Shown piece after piece: positions 21,961 through 33,019 of a DNA stretch of 64,000 nucleotides (its first letter is position 1; the number at the start of each line of letters is the position of its first letter). A program made the translations under genes and the position numbers. This DNA is from Carpediemonas membranifera BICM (lineage: Eukaryota; Protista; Fornicata), in assembly GCA_019828565.1 (NCBI GenBank), contig JAHDYR010000003.1, forward strand, positions 62,001 through 126,000. Direction: 5' to 3'. The notes under the pieces were generated by a model. The model was not told where the DNA came from. It ran no database searches and saw nothing but the letters and a program-made list of their open reading frames with translations.

Positions 21961-22069
21961 CAATGAAACGACGACAGGCGTTTACGGTCAGAGGGACAAA
22001 TGGCAATCGAGCGCCCCGAGAGAATCCCCGGAGTAACCCATAATCATAATAAAAACAACACACTCTTCC

Positions 22070-23182
22070 CTACAACGCCGGAACCTGCACCCTCGCCGCC
22101 TCAGCCAGCGCCCTCAACCACCTCGCGGCCCGCCTCAGCCCAGCCCTGTCCTCCTCCCCAGGCTCGTCCATGTCGACCCAACGGCCCGCACACACCCCAT
22201 CTACCAGCCTGAGGACGGTGCCCAAGTCCCCGATGAACTGGCGTGGGTCATGGTGGGCAAGGTGCTCGTCAATCGCAGACTGTGTGAACTGCCGCAAAGA
22301 GGTGGGGCTGGGCAGCGAACCAAAGCTGTTGGAGAGATACAGGCTGGCCGGGTCGAGTGAGCCGACGCCCACGACAACGTCTGAGACTCCCTCAAAGGAG
22401 GGGATGGAGGTAGCTGCATGAAGACCAGGCCCCATGTCCGCCGGGTCGGGCTGGGCATTTCCGTCGTTCGCACCCTTGGTCTTCCGGGCCGCCTTCTTCT
22501 CTCCTGTAGCCCGCGGCGGCTCCTCTGCCACCTGGCCCGGAGTCAGCTCCGATAAGCCACAGACCCTCTCCCGGACCCGAATCACGGCCTTCCTGAAGGT
22601 AGAAAGCGACCCCAGCGACTGCTCGGGGAATGCCTGGCAGTAAATCTCCTTCAGCGTCACTAGGAGGTCGGCACTGATCGGTTCAGTAGGCTTGACCCCC
22701 TGGGACTCGAGGAGAGTGAACACTGAGTGGTCCCTGTCTGCCCTGGGTTTGGGACCGCGCTTCACTTGCTTCAACTCTCCGTTGTGTCGGCTAGAAATCC
22801 ACCGAAGGAGGGAAGCTTTGCGGAGCTGGGGGTTCTCGGCCAGCACCTTGTCCATACCGTGATTCTCGCACTCTAGGATGTACCGCATCTTGTCCTCATA
22901 CGTGTATACGCGCCGCTTGGCCTTGGGTCCCTTCTTTTCCTTGGTCCTCTGGGCCTCTTGACGAGTTTTGGCCGGTGGAGGCGGTGGGATGGCGGCATCG
23001 TGCACAATTAGAGATGTACCATGAACCTTCGCAATGATTTGTGGTTGGTTCTTGGAAGACTGGTCAGATTGGTGCGTAATGCCATCATCTAAACCTGCAG
23101 ACGCTTCTGTCCGCTCAAGCTGAACTTTTGGTATGTCAGACGGCGGCTGCTGCGAATCTTGCCTGATGCCTGAAGTCACCAT
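22070..23182 (-). CDS. Putative HTH DNA-binding protein (pogo/Brinker-like HTH, no DDE domain seen)
   Basis: KRRVYTYEDKMRYI...LRKASLLRWI...KRGPKP. Confidence 0.65.
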   Translation of the reverse strand: MVTSGIRQDSQQPPSDIPKVQLERTEASAGLDDGITHQSDQSSKNQPQIIAKVHGTSLIVHDAAIPPPPPAKTRQEAQRTKEKKGPKAKRRVYTYEDKMRYILECENHGMDKVLAENPQLRKASLLRWISSRHNGELKQVKRGPKPRADRDHSVFTLLESQGVKPTEPISADLLVTLKEIYCQAFPEQSLGSLSTFRKAVIRVRERVCGLSELTPGQVAEEPPRATGEKKAARKTKGANDGNAQPDPADMGPGLHAATSIPSFEGVSDVVVGVGSLDPASLYLSNSFGSLPSPTSLRQFTQSAIDEHLAHHDPRQFIGDLGTVLRLVDGVCAGRWVDMDEPGEEDRAGLRRAARWLRALAEAARVQVPAL

Positions 23183-23461
23183 GCTGTTCGTCTCGACGTT
23201 GGTCCGAATTCTTACCGCGATGATCCGGATCTGTGCTTGTTACATTGTTACTTGATCGCATATAAATGGCTATCTGGTAAGTTCAGGTGCATGCGGGCCG
23301 GCATGTACACACTGGCGTGCCATTCCAACAGTCTGTCGACGCTGGGGGAGTCCTGGAGCTCAGCTGGCGGGTCGACTCCTTGAGACCCAGCCATGCTTCA
23401 GCAAAGGGAGAGCCTGCCACTGCCCAGCGATAAATTTATGTGGTTGCCCACCTAGCTTCCT

Positions 23462-25072
23462 CTACATGCCCATGGAGGCCTTGTGGATCTTCTCTGATAC
23501 CCCCTCCTTGCACAAGAGAATCGTGGTGTTCGAGACCCACGCTTCTACGTCCTCGTCGAACTCTATTCGCAGGCGAGAGAGGTCAGCGTGGGGGCGAGAT
23601 CTACGAAGCAGGCTCTCGCGGGATGGGACGCTGGCGAGGAGGGCGTGGAGACACGAGAGCACCGTGTCGCGACAGTACGGGTAGTCCACGGCGGTCCGGA
23701 GGGCCAGCAGATGCACGGGGGCGGCGTGGAAGTCCCACTTGCGGGTGTTGGTCGCCCCGGCCGTCTCGAGAATGGCCTTGGCGAGGGTGGCGGTGTACGT
23801 GGCGTGGCAGATGGCCCTGTACATGTCTGGCCAGGGGGCTAGGTTGTTGCGGAGGGCGACTGGGAGAGCCCTGGCGGTGTCTACATACCGGAGTGCGTTC
23901 ATGAGAACGGGACCGGCAGTCTTGGTGTCGCTCTCAGCGCGGAGGGCGGTCATCAGGCGCACCGCGCTAGTGCCAATGCCCATGTTCGCGAGCTGGAGGA
24001 GAGACCTGACGTTGTCCCGGCCGGCCAGCTTGGAGTCGGGCCCGAGCGCCTGCTGGAGGTCTGATCTGGCGTTGAGCCGCTCCTCGGGAACCCAGTCGGC
24101 ATCAGACATGAGGTTGAATACGTCGTCGGGGAGGGCGCGTGAGGGTTTCTGAATGTGGCAGACTACTCGGGCGATGTTACTCGCGGCGACGCTGATCGAG
24201 TGGCACAGGGTGTGGGTGTCCGAGCGGTTCAGGTCTATGGTGACGTCATCCATCAGCTCCTCGATGGCTGCGAGACAGAGTCGGGTGAAGTCAGTCTTGG
24301 CCCAGAACAGGGCGGGGGCGGAGGAGATGTCGCCCACTGCAAAGGGGAAGCGGCTGAAGCCCCGGAGTAGGCCCACAACGTTGAAGAGAGAGTGGCCGAC
24401 GGACGACCTCACGGCCTCAGCGCAAAAGAAAGCAACGTCATCCACGGCATGGCCGAGTCGGCCGGCCGCATGGAGTTGGATGGCCGCCCAGAGCAGAATC
24501 CGGGCAAACAGGGGGGCGGGACACCTGTGGTCATACTGGTCGAGCATCAGGAGGGTCAGCTTGGAGCTGATGAAGGCGGGCGGGTCGGGGTGGCGTCGGG
24601 ACATGAGTTCAAAGAGACGCTTGCCACGTCGCTCGCGGGTAGAGAGCGGGGCAACGCTGAAGAGGGCGTTCAGGAAGGGGAACATGTCCTCGCGTTCCTC
24701 TGGGAAAGCCTCTAGAATGAGGCTGAAGTGCCGGCTGTTGAGAGAAGGGGTCATGTTCTTGTCGGTGAACTTGATGGATGGCTGGCGAATATATGGCGGA
24801 TCCTCGAGGATACATGTAGAGAGAGGGAAAATATCGAGGTCGTCGATGTGTTCATCGTCCGGGGGCATTTTGAGGGCATAAAGTCGAAAGATTGGTGCAA
24901 AGAAGTTGGAACCTATCCTCTGGTGTGCCGTATTCCTTCGTTCTACGCTGTTGAAAGCGTGAATGTCGGGAGTTTCTGGTGGCTTCAGCGCATTTTCTTC
25001 CCTGTTCTGCTTGTGTATGGAGAGGGAAGAAGGCATAGGCATGTTTGAGAGATTTTCATTGTCTAAAGGCAT
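23462..25072 (-). CDS. Hypothetical alpha-helical protein (536 aa)
   Basis: Long ATG-initiated ORF with host-like codon usage; no motif recognised. Confidence 0.7.
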   Translation of the reverse strand: MPLDNENLSNMPMPSSLSIHKQNREENALKPPETPDIHAFNSVERRNTAHQRIGSNFFAPIFRLYALKMPPDDEHIDDLDIFPLSTCILEDPPYIRQPSIKFTDKNMTPSLNSRHFSLILEAFPEEREDMFPFLNALFSVAPLSTRERRGKRLFELMSRRHPDPPAFISSKLTLLMLDQYDHRCPAPLFARILLWAAIQLHAAGRLGHAVDDVAFFCAEAVRSSVGHSLFNVVGLLRGFSRFPFAVGDISSAPALFWAKTDFTRLCLAAIEELMDDVTIDLNRSDTHTLCHSISVAASNIARVVCHIQKPSRALPDDVFNLMSDADWVPEERLNARSDLQQALGPDSKLAGRDNVRSLLQLANMGIGTSAVRLMTALRAESDTKTAGPVLMNALRYVDTARALPVALRNNLAPWPDMYRAICHATYTATLAKAILETAGATNTRKWDFHAAPVHLLALRTAVDYPYCRDTVLSCLHALLASVPSRESLLRRSRPHADLSRLRIEFDEDVEAWVSNTTILLCKEGVSEKIHKASMGM

Positions 25073-26012
25073 GATACTTATGTGGTTGAACTATTTCCTG
25101 AACTTTTGGGAGCATACAGCCTTGGTGGAAGAAGATGTTAGAGCATATCTTCAAGCGCATTTCCAAGATCAGATAGATATCATCAAAATCATAACAAAAC
25201 GGGGAAATCTCGTCTATACACCAGGTGCCCCGAGCCTAGCAACGTTGAGGGCGATCTGACCCCATGTCGCCGATTAAATATAGCTGCCTCGACCGTAAAC
25301 CTATAAATCCTTCGCCTCCTTCGCCCTGGACGTCATGGGACCCATGATACCCAGCACACGCTCGGCCACAGTCTTCATGTAATAGCCAGTCATGGACAGC
25401 GTCGCCCTGTGCAATGGTGTCGTTCAAGCCGAATGACACCATTGTGGTGCCGTCAGCTATCTGGCAACGATGATGCAAGAGAGCTTTGCCATCGGTGCGA
25501 AGTTATGCGCGGTGCGCAACCTTCCAGCCCGCGATCAGCGTTCTAGGCACACCTTTGCAACACGGCTGTCGAAAAGTCGAGGTCGTCCTACGTGTGGATA
25601 ACTATGTGACAGCATAGTAGAAGCATATTATATGTCTGCTAGAACCAAAAAGCAACCTGCATAGTGCTAACATGACCAATTAGTGCAGAAGCATGAGAAA
25701 GCTTCATCGAAACCAAAGGAGAAGCCCTCAGGGCATCCAACGACCTCCTTCAATGCACTACCAGTAAGTGAAGCGCATTTCGCGTCTAACTTACGGAGGG
25801 AGGTGTTTTAAGGCTGGACATGTGCTCAATCATCACTCGCGCGCCAACACAAACTGCGACAACTGACTCGGTCGAGAATGTGGCCTGTGGTGGGAGACCA
25901 GGCGGGCTGACTGATAAATGCACTCAATCGAACCTGACTCGGCAGAGATCCCGACCAGAGCCTGGCTGAAAATGGCGAAATGTTGCTTTACAAAGGACGT
26001 CTCGTCGTGTAC

Positions 26013-27716
26013 TCACGCCTGACTATGGTCATCACAAGACAGCGGCCACACGCGTCCATGCGTCATCACGGGCCGGGTATTCAGCTCGACCATGGACCTC
26101 TGCCCATCGAACACCAGCGTGTTGATCATAAACCACTGACCGTCCGTGTTCCGGATACACAGCATAGCCTCATGCCCGCTCTGGCCTGACACGTCGATCC
26201 CCAGGTGCGTCACTTCAAACGGCACGGAGAACCGACCAATCCCCCCTCTCTCGATCCAGCCGTACGTCGCGCCCTCCGTAACCCATATGAGCCCATGGGG
26301 CGCATAGAAGAACCCTTTCACGGGAAACGGCATGCTCAGTGGTGTGGGGGTCGAGCAGCTGTCGCCGACATTGAATCCGGGAAGCAGGCCGGACTTGGAG
26401 ATGAGCTCAGGGACTTCGCCCGCAAATTGCATGCGCCGGTTGCTGAGAAATATGTTGAATATATCGCCGTTCGTAAACACTCGGTCAACCCTGAAGGGTA
26501 GCTCCTCGAACCCGGTCACATCTCGCGTGTGGCCAAGTCCAAGCTTACCCTGGTAGTTCCATCCGCCGATAAACTGCCGTTCTCCCTTACAGAGGACCAC
26601 AGTAGTGTCCTCGTGCATGATCTGATCCGGAATAAACTGGGCCGGCAGGGTGATTTGCCGGAACACGGTCTCGTCCTCGGGTGTCCCGAACCACTCAGCG
26701 AAGCCGGCGACCATGACTCCGACTGGAGTCAGAATAAAGGTGCGGCAGTCAGACAAAGATGCAGAGATAATCAACTCATCCTTGTTCCAGGCGGGCAGGC
26801 TGGCCTCGAGCTCGGCGACTTTTGGACATGCGGGAAAGGTGAGGCGGGTCGGGCCAGCTGTGTTTGCGGGGTCAGACTGGAATCCGAGCTGGCAGAAGCT
26901 GTTCGCCCCCCAGCCCCACAGGCCTTTGGGCGTCTGTGCGATGTGAGTCATGGCGCCGCTGTTAATAGTGATGGCACGAGGCATCCTGGCCCTGGAAAGT
27001 GCAGTGTCGGTGTCAGTGCGCATCGTGAATAGTCTGCCTGCGTACATAGTGTGGTAGTACACGACCTCCCGGCCCTCGTGCAGGTAGAACTCTTGCTCCT
27101 GCACGGCGACACGGTGGCAAAAGGCGAATTTCTTGCACATGAACCAAAGGCATTGGATCTCATTCTGAAAGAGTTCGCGGATCTTGGCTGGAAGTTTGGA
27201 TTCAAGGTCTGGGTTGGCTCCAGCCCCCATGAGGATGGCCCACAGCGTGCCCTGGAGCAGGGTGTGGAGGGCGACCGGGAGGTCCTGCCCTTCTGTGAGT
27301 TCGATGTTCATGGACAGCTGCGGGCCGTCTGTAAGGATCGAGCGGGCGCGGTCAAGGAGGACTTGCGCGGTTGGTTCGAGAGGGGGAATGCTGGTTAGCA
27401 TCGTGATGAGATCTTCCGGCGAAGCGCTGCTTATTGCCGTAATGTTATCATCATCCTTCACATTCAAAGGCATTAAGCTGTGAAAGTGCCTTGAATATGC
27501 GTGTCGAAGCAAAGACGGTATGTTCCCCGGAACAGAGGCGGTTATAGCAACACAAACACTGTGAGCATTGATAAGAGCCTCTTTGATGCTAATACCATCG
27601 GATTCTGCCCCCTCCATGGCCAGTATCCTGTGGTAAGGCTGGTCTCGTGTCCGACCTCTCGACTCTCGGTCCCAAGGCACGCGAAGAGAAACGTCAGACG
27701 CAGAAATCTTGGGCAA
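26013..27716 (-). CDS. RCC1/BLIP-II-like repeat protein, paralog of 51552-53162
   Basis: LWGWGANSFCQLG, GWNYQGKLGLG; shared N-terminal domain; true start may be the ATG of MEGAES. Confidence 0.8.
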   Translation of the reverse strand: MPKISASDVSLRVPWDRESRGRTRDQPYHRILAMEGAESDGISIKEALINAHSVCVAITASVPGNIPSLLRHAYSRHFHSLMPLNVKDDDNITAISSASPEDLITMLTSIPPLEPTAQVLLDRARSILTDGPQLSMNIELTEGQDLPVALHTLLQGTLWAILMGAGANPDLESKLPAKIRELFQNEIQCLWFMCKKFAFCHRVAVQEQEFYLHEGREVVYYHTMYAGRLFTMRTDTDTALSRARMPRAITINSGAMTHIAQTPKGLWGWGANSFCQLGFQSDPANTAGPTRLTFPACPKVAELEASLPAWNKDELIISASLSDCRTFILTPVGVMVAGFAEWFGTPEDETVFRQITLPAQFIPDQIMHEDTTVVLCKGERQFIGGWNYQGKLGLGHTRDVTGFEELPFRVDRVFTNGDIFNIFLSNRRMQFAGEVPELISKSGLLPGFNVGDSCSTPTPLSMPFPVKGFFYAPHGLIWVTEGATYGWIERGGIGRFSVPFEVTHLGIDVSGQSGHEAMLCIRNTDGQWFMINTLVFDGQRSMVELNTRPVMTHGRVWPLSCDDHSQA

Positions 27717-28628
27717 AAAGACACGCGTCTTGTCCGCGGGATATCAAACAATGACTGTCATGTTTGTTGATATTCATTGATGTACAATTTTCGATCTTAC
27801 CACATGCCGTGTACCGACTGCAAACTCACACTCTGGCGGGTCTGATTGAGAGTCCCTCGTGTCTCCATGTAGAATGGGCCCACAGTTGATGCTGATTTAT
27901 GAGTTTGCGAGTGATTTCGCCCCTTCCCGCACGGGACCTGAGCCGACCAGAAGGCCGCCCTCGTCGAACAGGCACGCCGCCTGAAAGACATGGTCAGTCA
28001 GTAACAGTCGGCCACGCCTGCTGAGCAGATCCTGGCCGCCCACCGCCACCTCTCTCGTTAGCCGAAGGGTCACAAGCAATTCTCACTTGATAGCGCCGCC
28101 GCGTTCCTCGCAGTGTGGTGACCAATTGATTGGGATATATTTGCCCTGCACCCCTGAGTCATTGTGCAGTTTATATAAGTCAGTATCGGAAGACTGCAGT
28201 ATCACAGCAGTCCAGAAAACACTGCGAGACTACAACAATGCCCGCCCTGTGCATCAAGCCCGACGCCGAAACAGCCGCGGAGGTCACCGACGACACCAAC
28301 GCCGCTGTGATCAAGGTCATCCTGACCCATATGAACGCACTCAGTCCCTCGCCAGCATGAACCGACCATGAGAACCATGTCAGACGGCTTAACCTGTGCT
28401 ATATAACCCGCCGTGGCCTCGAGACATCCCGGTCTGCCCAAGTCGACCCGACCCACCCAGGCCCACGCTATTTGTGGATTGATTGGCTGTACTGCATTCC
28501 GGTGTCTGGTGTGGCTTCCATTGAGCCATTGTGATATATGCGATATATGTGAGTCTCATCCACTCGAACATTTATAACAGCATCGTACACGGAGGAGCAA
28601 ACCAAGGCGGGCAAGGGGTACAACCACC

Positions 28629-29540
28629 CTACCTCTGCTTGTTGTACTTGGTGATGAAGGGATGCTCAAGCACAGCCTGCAGGCTGAGCCGCTTCGACGC
28701 CATTGACCTGCACAGCTTGCTGATCAGGTCCTTCGCCTCGGCCGACACATACGCCGGCATCGGCGGGAGCTTGACGTTGCAGATCATCTCATACGTCTTC
28801 TTGTACTCCTCGGCGAGGAAGGGTGGGTCTCCCACTAGGAACTCGTACAGCATGACACCCAGGGCCCAGGTGTCGACCTTCTCGTCGTACGATTGGCCCT
28901 TGATCATCTCGGGCGGCAAATAGTCCAGCGTTCCGCATAGTGTGGAGCGGCGGGAGGCGTTAGGGCCGTCGGCGAGGCGGCAGGCCCAGCCGAAGTCGGC
29001 GAGCTTGAGGTTCCCGTCGATATCGATTAGAATGTTCTCGGGTTTGAGGTCGCGATGGACGCTCCGGTTCTTGTGCAGGTAGTTGAGTGCAGAGGCGATC
29101 TGGTATGTGTACCGCGCCGCTGTGGGCTCGTCGAAGTGGTGCCGGTGCTTCAGCTCGTGGTAGAGCTCGCCCCCGCCGGCATACTCAAGGATGAAGTAAA
29201 TCTTGTCGGCGTCGTGGAAGTAGCCGTAGAAGCGGAGGATATTCGGGTGCTGGAGTCGCGAGTGCACGTCGATTTCGCGGACTGCCACGATTTTGAAACC
29301 TTCTGCGGCGAGCTGCTTCTTGCTCATCTCCTTCAGAGCAACAATGAAGCCGGATTCCTTCTCACGAGCAGCATAAACGGTGCCTACTTTGCCTTGCCCT
29401 ATCTGTTTGCCAATATCGAAGTCGGACAACTCATACTTCTTCCCATTGGGATGAACAGAGCCGTTAGGAACATCATCTTGTGCTCTTCCTGGTAGCATTA
29501 CTGATCCAAATTTAGGCTTAGTGCTAGCTAGAGCGTACAT
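28629..29540 (-). CDS. Aurora kinase
   Basis: DFDIGKQIGQG, HPNILRFYGYFHD, HRDLKPEN, ADFGW, RSTLCGTLDYLPPEM. Confidence 0.95.
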   Translation of the reverse strand: MYALASTKPKFGSVMLPGRAQDDVPNGSVHPNGKKYELSDFDIGKQIGQGKVGTVYAAREKESGFIVALKEMSKKQLAAEGFKIVAVREIDVHSRLQHPNILRFYGYFHDADKIYFILEYAGGGELYHELKHRHHFDEPTAARYTYQIASALNYLHKNRSVHRDLKPENILIDIDGNLKLADFGWACRLADGPNASRRSTLCGTLDYLPPEMIKGQSYDEKVDTWALGVMLYEFLVGDPPFLAEEYKKTYEMICNVKLPPMPAYVSAEAKDLISKLCRSMASKRLSLQAVLEHPFITKYNKQR

Positions 29541-29792
29541 GTGTCAATGAAGCTGTTTGTGGCGTTCGTGCCAAAAACCACCAAAATCTTCAGAAATTTA
29601 AGACAGGTTTAAGCGACCCAAACGCAGCACTTGAATGATCAATCACAACGGCACAGAGCCAAACCTGAGTGAATAGACGCCCGCCATGCAGCTGGCCCAG
29701 GAACCCCCTTGTTGTCTGGGTGTGAGATGACCTGGGAAGACAGACCCAACCCTCGGCAGAGCATGAAAAATAAAATCTCTAGTTTAATAATA

Positions 29793-30758
29793 CTAATTCT
29801 GCACCCAAGACTCCACCCGAGGGCACCCGCGGTCGACGAACTCGACGAAGTCTGCCAGCTTCCTAGTGTTGTCCCGCACCGCCTCCACACAGCCCATGAG
29901 GAGCGCCCCGACGGCAAAACCGCCAATGGAGAGCACAGCCATGACCAGGGGCAGGATGGTTGACCTCACGTCCGCGGTGCCCCGGATGTAGGCCCATGTG
30001 CAGATTACGGAGCCGACGACGAGTGCCGCGGACGCCTGGCTAGTGAATGTCTGCTTGGTCGACGCCATGGGCGCCAGAAGTCCGACGAACAGACTCGCGA
30101 GGATGGTCGCGAGGAGGGCGGCAATAGCAATCTGCCGCGGGGTATGCGCGCCAGTGTGGTACTGGAATATTGCGACGAACATGAATAGCATGATCACCGG
30201 CGCCACTGCGGCCAGGCTCAGTGCCCTCTGAAGCGTGCTGTGTGCCGTCCGGTCTGGTGAGAGGGCGAAGCGCACGAGGAGGACGGTCAGAGTCATGTAG
30301 CACGTCACCTCGCCGGAGAGGCCATTGGGCTCGTCAGAGCAAGTGGTGTCGCTGAGCAGCTGGGTGCCAGCGAAGACGAGGGCGTCTGTGGCGGCAGAAA
30401 AGGCGTGGACGAGAGCGTATTGTGATAGATATGTGAAAAAGAACTATGTGAGAGGTTTTGTTTCTACATGCATTCAGCTTGCGGTGGAAGAGACTGTTCA
30501 CGATGCTCACGGTTGTCCCCGCGGACAGGATGGCCATGTTCCCGAGAATCCAGAATACAGTGGCAGAAACTGGTGGCTCGGTGATGTTTTCAATGTCCCT
30601 GCACTCAGAGAACCAGCGCCAAACACTGCCAAAGACCATCCAACGAGAAGAGATGCAGCCTTCACCTTGCGCATAAACTGCACATTCGATCTCAAAGATC
30701 TCGGCCTGTTAGAACAAATCACGCCAACGACACCCCCGCAGGTAGCACGCTGAGACAT
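29793..30758 (-). CDS. Multi-pass membrane protein, weakly PAP2-like; GC-AG intron 30444-30471 and a probable 5' intron ending at about 30706
   Basis: Splicing 30444-30471 joins ORFs 30334-30639 and 29793-30308 in frame; YHTGAHTPRQ resembles the PAP2 C3 motif; start uncertain. Confidence 0.55.
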
Positions 30759-30771
30759 AAGTAAAGAGCTC

Positions 30772-31336
30772 TTAGAGGTTTATCCGCTGATCAAAGGTGT
30801 CGACGTGGTTCTTGCGGACCACCTCCCTCACGAGCCGGTCATACTTGGGTCTGTCGTGCACATAGTCCCTATACGCCGGCGACTGTGCGGGCGACTCGAT
30901 GTTGGGGTTGTCCAGAAGCTCCTGGATGCCTTGGAGGATCTGCTTGACGTGAATCTGCGGCTTCCAAGACTCTTCAGCGTTCAAGATGGAGAGGCAGACC
31001 GTGCCTGATGGGTAGATGTTCGGGTGGTACAGGGGCGGCGAGAACATGCACTTCGGCGGCTTGGCGGGGTAGTCGGATGAGAACTGCATGAAGAGGCGGA
31101 GGCAGCAACCTTCCCAGATCGTCTATATGAGCGTGTATGCGGTGAAGAACGTACGCCTTCTTTCCCGGGGATGCCACAGACCCAATCGAAGAGATCCGAG
31201 CCAGATCCGTCGGCCTTGGTCTTTGGCTTGGCGTGGAAGCCCTGTGTGAATGGTACAAGAGGTAATAAACTCTGGGGTGATCCTTGCGCCACAAGCGGCG
31301 CTCTTGGTTCAGTCTTGTTCTTGCTAGGGAAGACAT
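30772..31336 (-). CDS. UBC9: SUMO-conjugating enzyme Ubc9; introns 31242-31270 and 31123-31154
   Basis: Spliced product [15 protein letters not shown]|GFHAKP...[10 protein letters not shown]|TIWEG...[16 protein letters not shown]. Confidence 0.95.
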
Positions 31337-31885
31337 TCGGATGTGTGCTTCTCAGCGCGCGTTCATGCAGCGTGAGTCGATCTTCGACTCGAATCAGAAC
31401 ACCACAAGTCACCTCGCATCGTTCCCGCCTAAGCAGCCATGTGACTCGAACGTGCTGTAGATGAGAAGCCAGGACTAAACAATGCGAGAATCGCTGCCTG
31501 GCAGTGCTCCAGCTCTCCCGACCTGACCCCAGTGTTCGATGTCTTGCGGCCCTCTCTCTGCCAGGCCCATGGTCTTGTTGGGGCTACCTGGCACGTCGAT
31601 TTGTAGATGGCGAGCGTCCACTGCTGAAGGCATATCATCTTGGTTCCCATGAGGGTGGGGTGGCTACGGTTGCTGTGCTTGGTACAACTTGTAACGTTGC
31701 TTCACTAAATGATCCATTATGATCCACTCAAACCAGGTCATAACCTGCGTAGTGGCAGGATCACTGAATGAAGCAACACAACAAGTGGTACCAAGCATAG
31801 CATGGTCACGCCACACCATGGGCCAGTGTAGCCCGTTTGGTACTCGAATCCCTCTCTCCCGCTAAGCTCGCTAGTGGGTTTATAT

Positions 31886-32821
31886 CTAGAGTACATCTGC
31901 GCCGCTATCCAGAGACGCAATCACCGCATCCAGCTGCCCCCCGACGCCTTCGAGGGCCGCCAACTCCTTCTGGTACAGAGCGATCATGCTGCGCAGTTGG
32001 GTGGCCTTGGCCTGCACATCGCTGTACGCCTGGCGAAGCTCAGCCATGGTCTCAGCCGACTCAGGGCCAGCCTTCGGGGCACCAGACCGGACTGGTTCCG
32101 TGGCCCGAAGCACAGACGGGCCAACTACCGTGCGGCGTGTCATGGGCTGCGGGGATGCGGTCCGCGGCTCCATTGTCGCTGTCGAGTCAAGTTCCTCGTC
32201 ACTGGCCACTGAATCAGGCTCCCTTAGCGCGGGGGGCAGCTCCGCCGGCCCGTGCATCTTCGGGGTCGACCTTGTGGGTGAGAAAGGTGACGCCCACATG
32301 GCGAACGTCGTCTGTGTGGCAGTAACAGTGACAGTGGGCGGCCGGGCAAACTCCATTGGATGTGTCTGCTCCAAAGGCAGGACCGCTGTCACGGGGCTCG
32401 GGCGGACGGCCATTGGCGCGAGGATCTTTGCCAGAGGGACGCGGCCGAAGAGTTCAACTCTGCTCTTGCGGACTAGCATCACCCGGATTGCCGCCAGGTC
32501 GCGGTGGCTGTGGAAGAACTCGAGGTCGCCCTGCCCCAGTGAGATGGCCGGGAATGGGTACAGCAGCGAGCCAGCGAGCTCGTCAGGGCCGAACGTCTGG
32601 GTCTCGACGGCGAGGACCTGGCATAGGCTGTCCATAGAGTCTGACCTGGGCAGCGTACGCGGCCTTTCGTGGCGCTCATGGCCTATTTGGTGTTCTATAC
32701 TGCTCCTCGCCCAGGAGGATCGGTTCTCTGGCCACTCCAAGCCGAGGCGATAGCTCGCTTTGTAGTTTCGAATGCGTGGAGGCAGCTCAGCGGATTCAAT
32801 CGTGATCTGGATGCGCGCCAT
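31886..32821 (-). CDS. Hypothetical protein (beta-rich N-terminus, C-terminal coiled coil)
   Basis: ORF with coding-like composition; start uncertain. Confidence 0.6.
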   Translation of the reverse strand: MARIQITIESAELPPRIRNYKASYRLGLEWPENRSSWARSSIEHQIGHERHERPRTLPRSDSMDSLCQVLAVETQTFGPDELAGSLLYPFPAISLGQGDLEFFHSHRDLAAIRVMLVRKSRVELFGRVPLAKILAPMAVRPSPVTAVLPLEQTHPMEFARPPTVTVTATQTTFAMWASPFSPTRSTPKMHGPAELPPALREPDSVASDEELDSTATMEPRTASPQPMTRRTVVGPSVLRATEPVRSGAPKAGPESAETMAELRQAYSDVQAKATQLRSMIALYQKELAALEGVGGQLDAVIASLDSGADVL

Positions 32822-33019
32822 GCCGTTAGTTGTCGCTAGCGGCGGATATGTGCCGTTCATTGCTCTTTGCTGCCCAAAGTTCGTCGTCTCGATGGTGTCT
32901 TCTGACTCCGGGAGTCGTGTCGGTCGATGATCCTCTCGACGCAGCACTGCGCCGCACCAGGATTCAGTACGCCATAGCCAAAGCCTCGGCCAAAATCGAT
33001 GGTTTTACATAAGTGAGCA

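Noticed and set aside
28238-28360. 40-aa plus-strand ORF after a TATA/Inr-like motif
   Set aside because: Too short and no recognisable motif; cannot be supported
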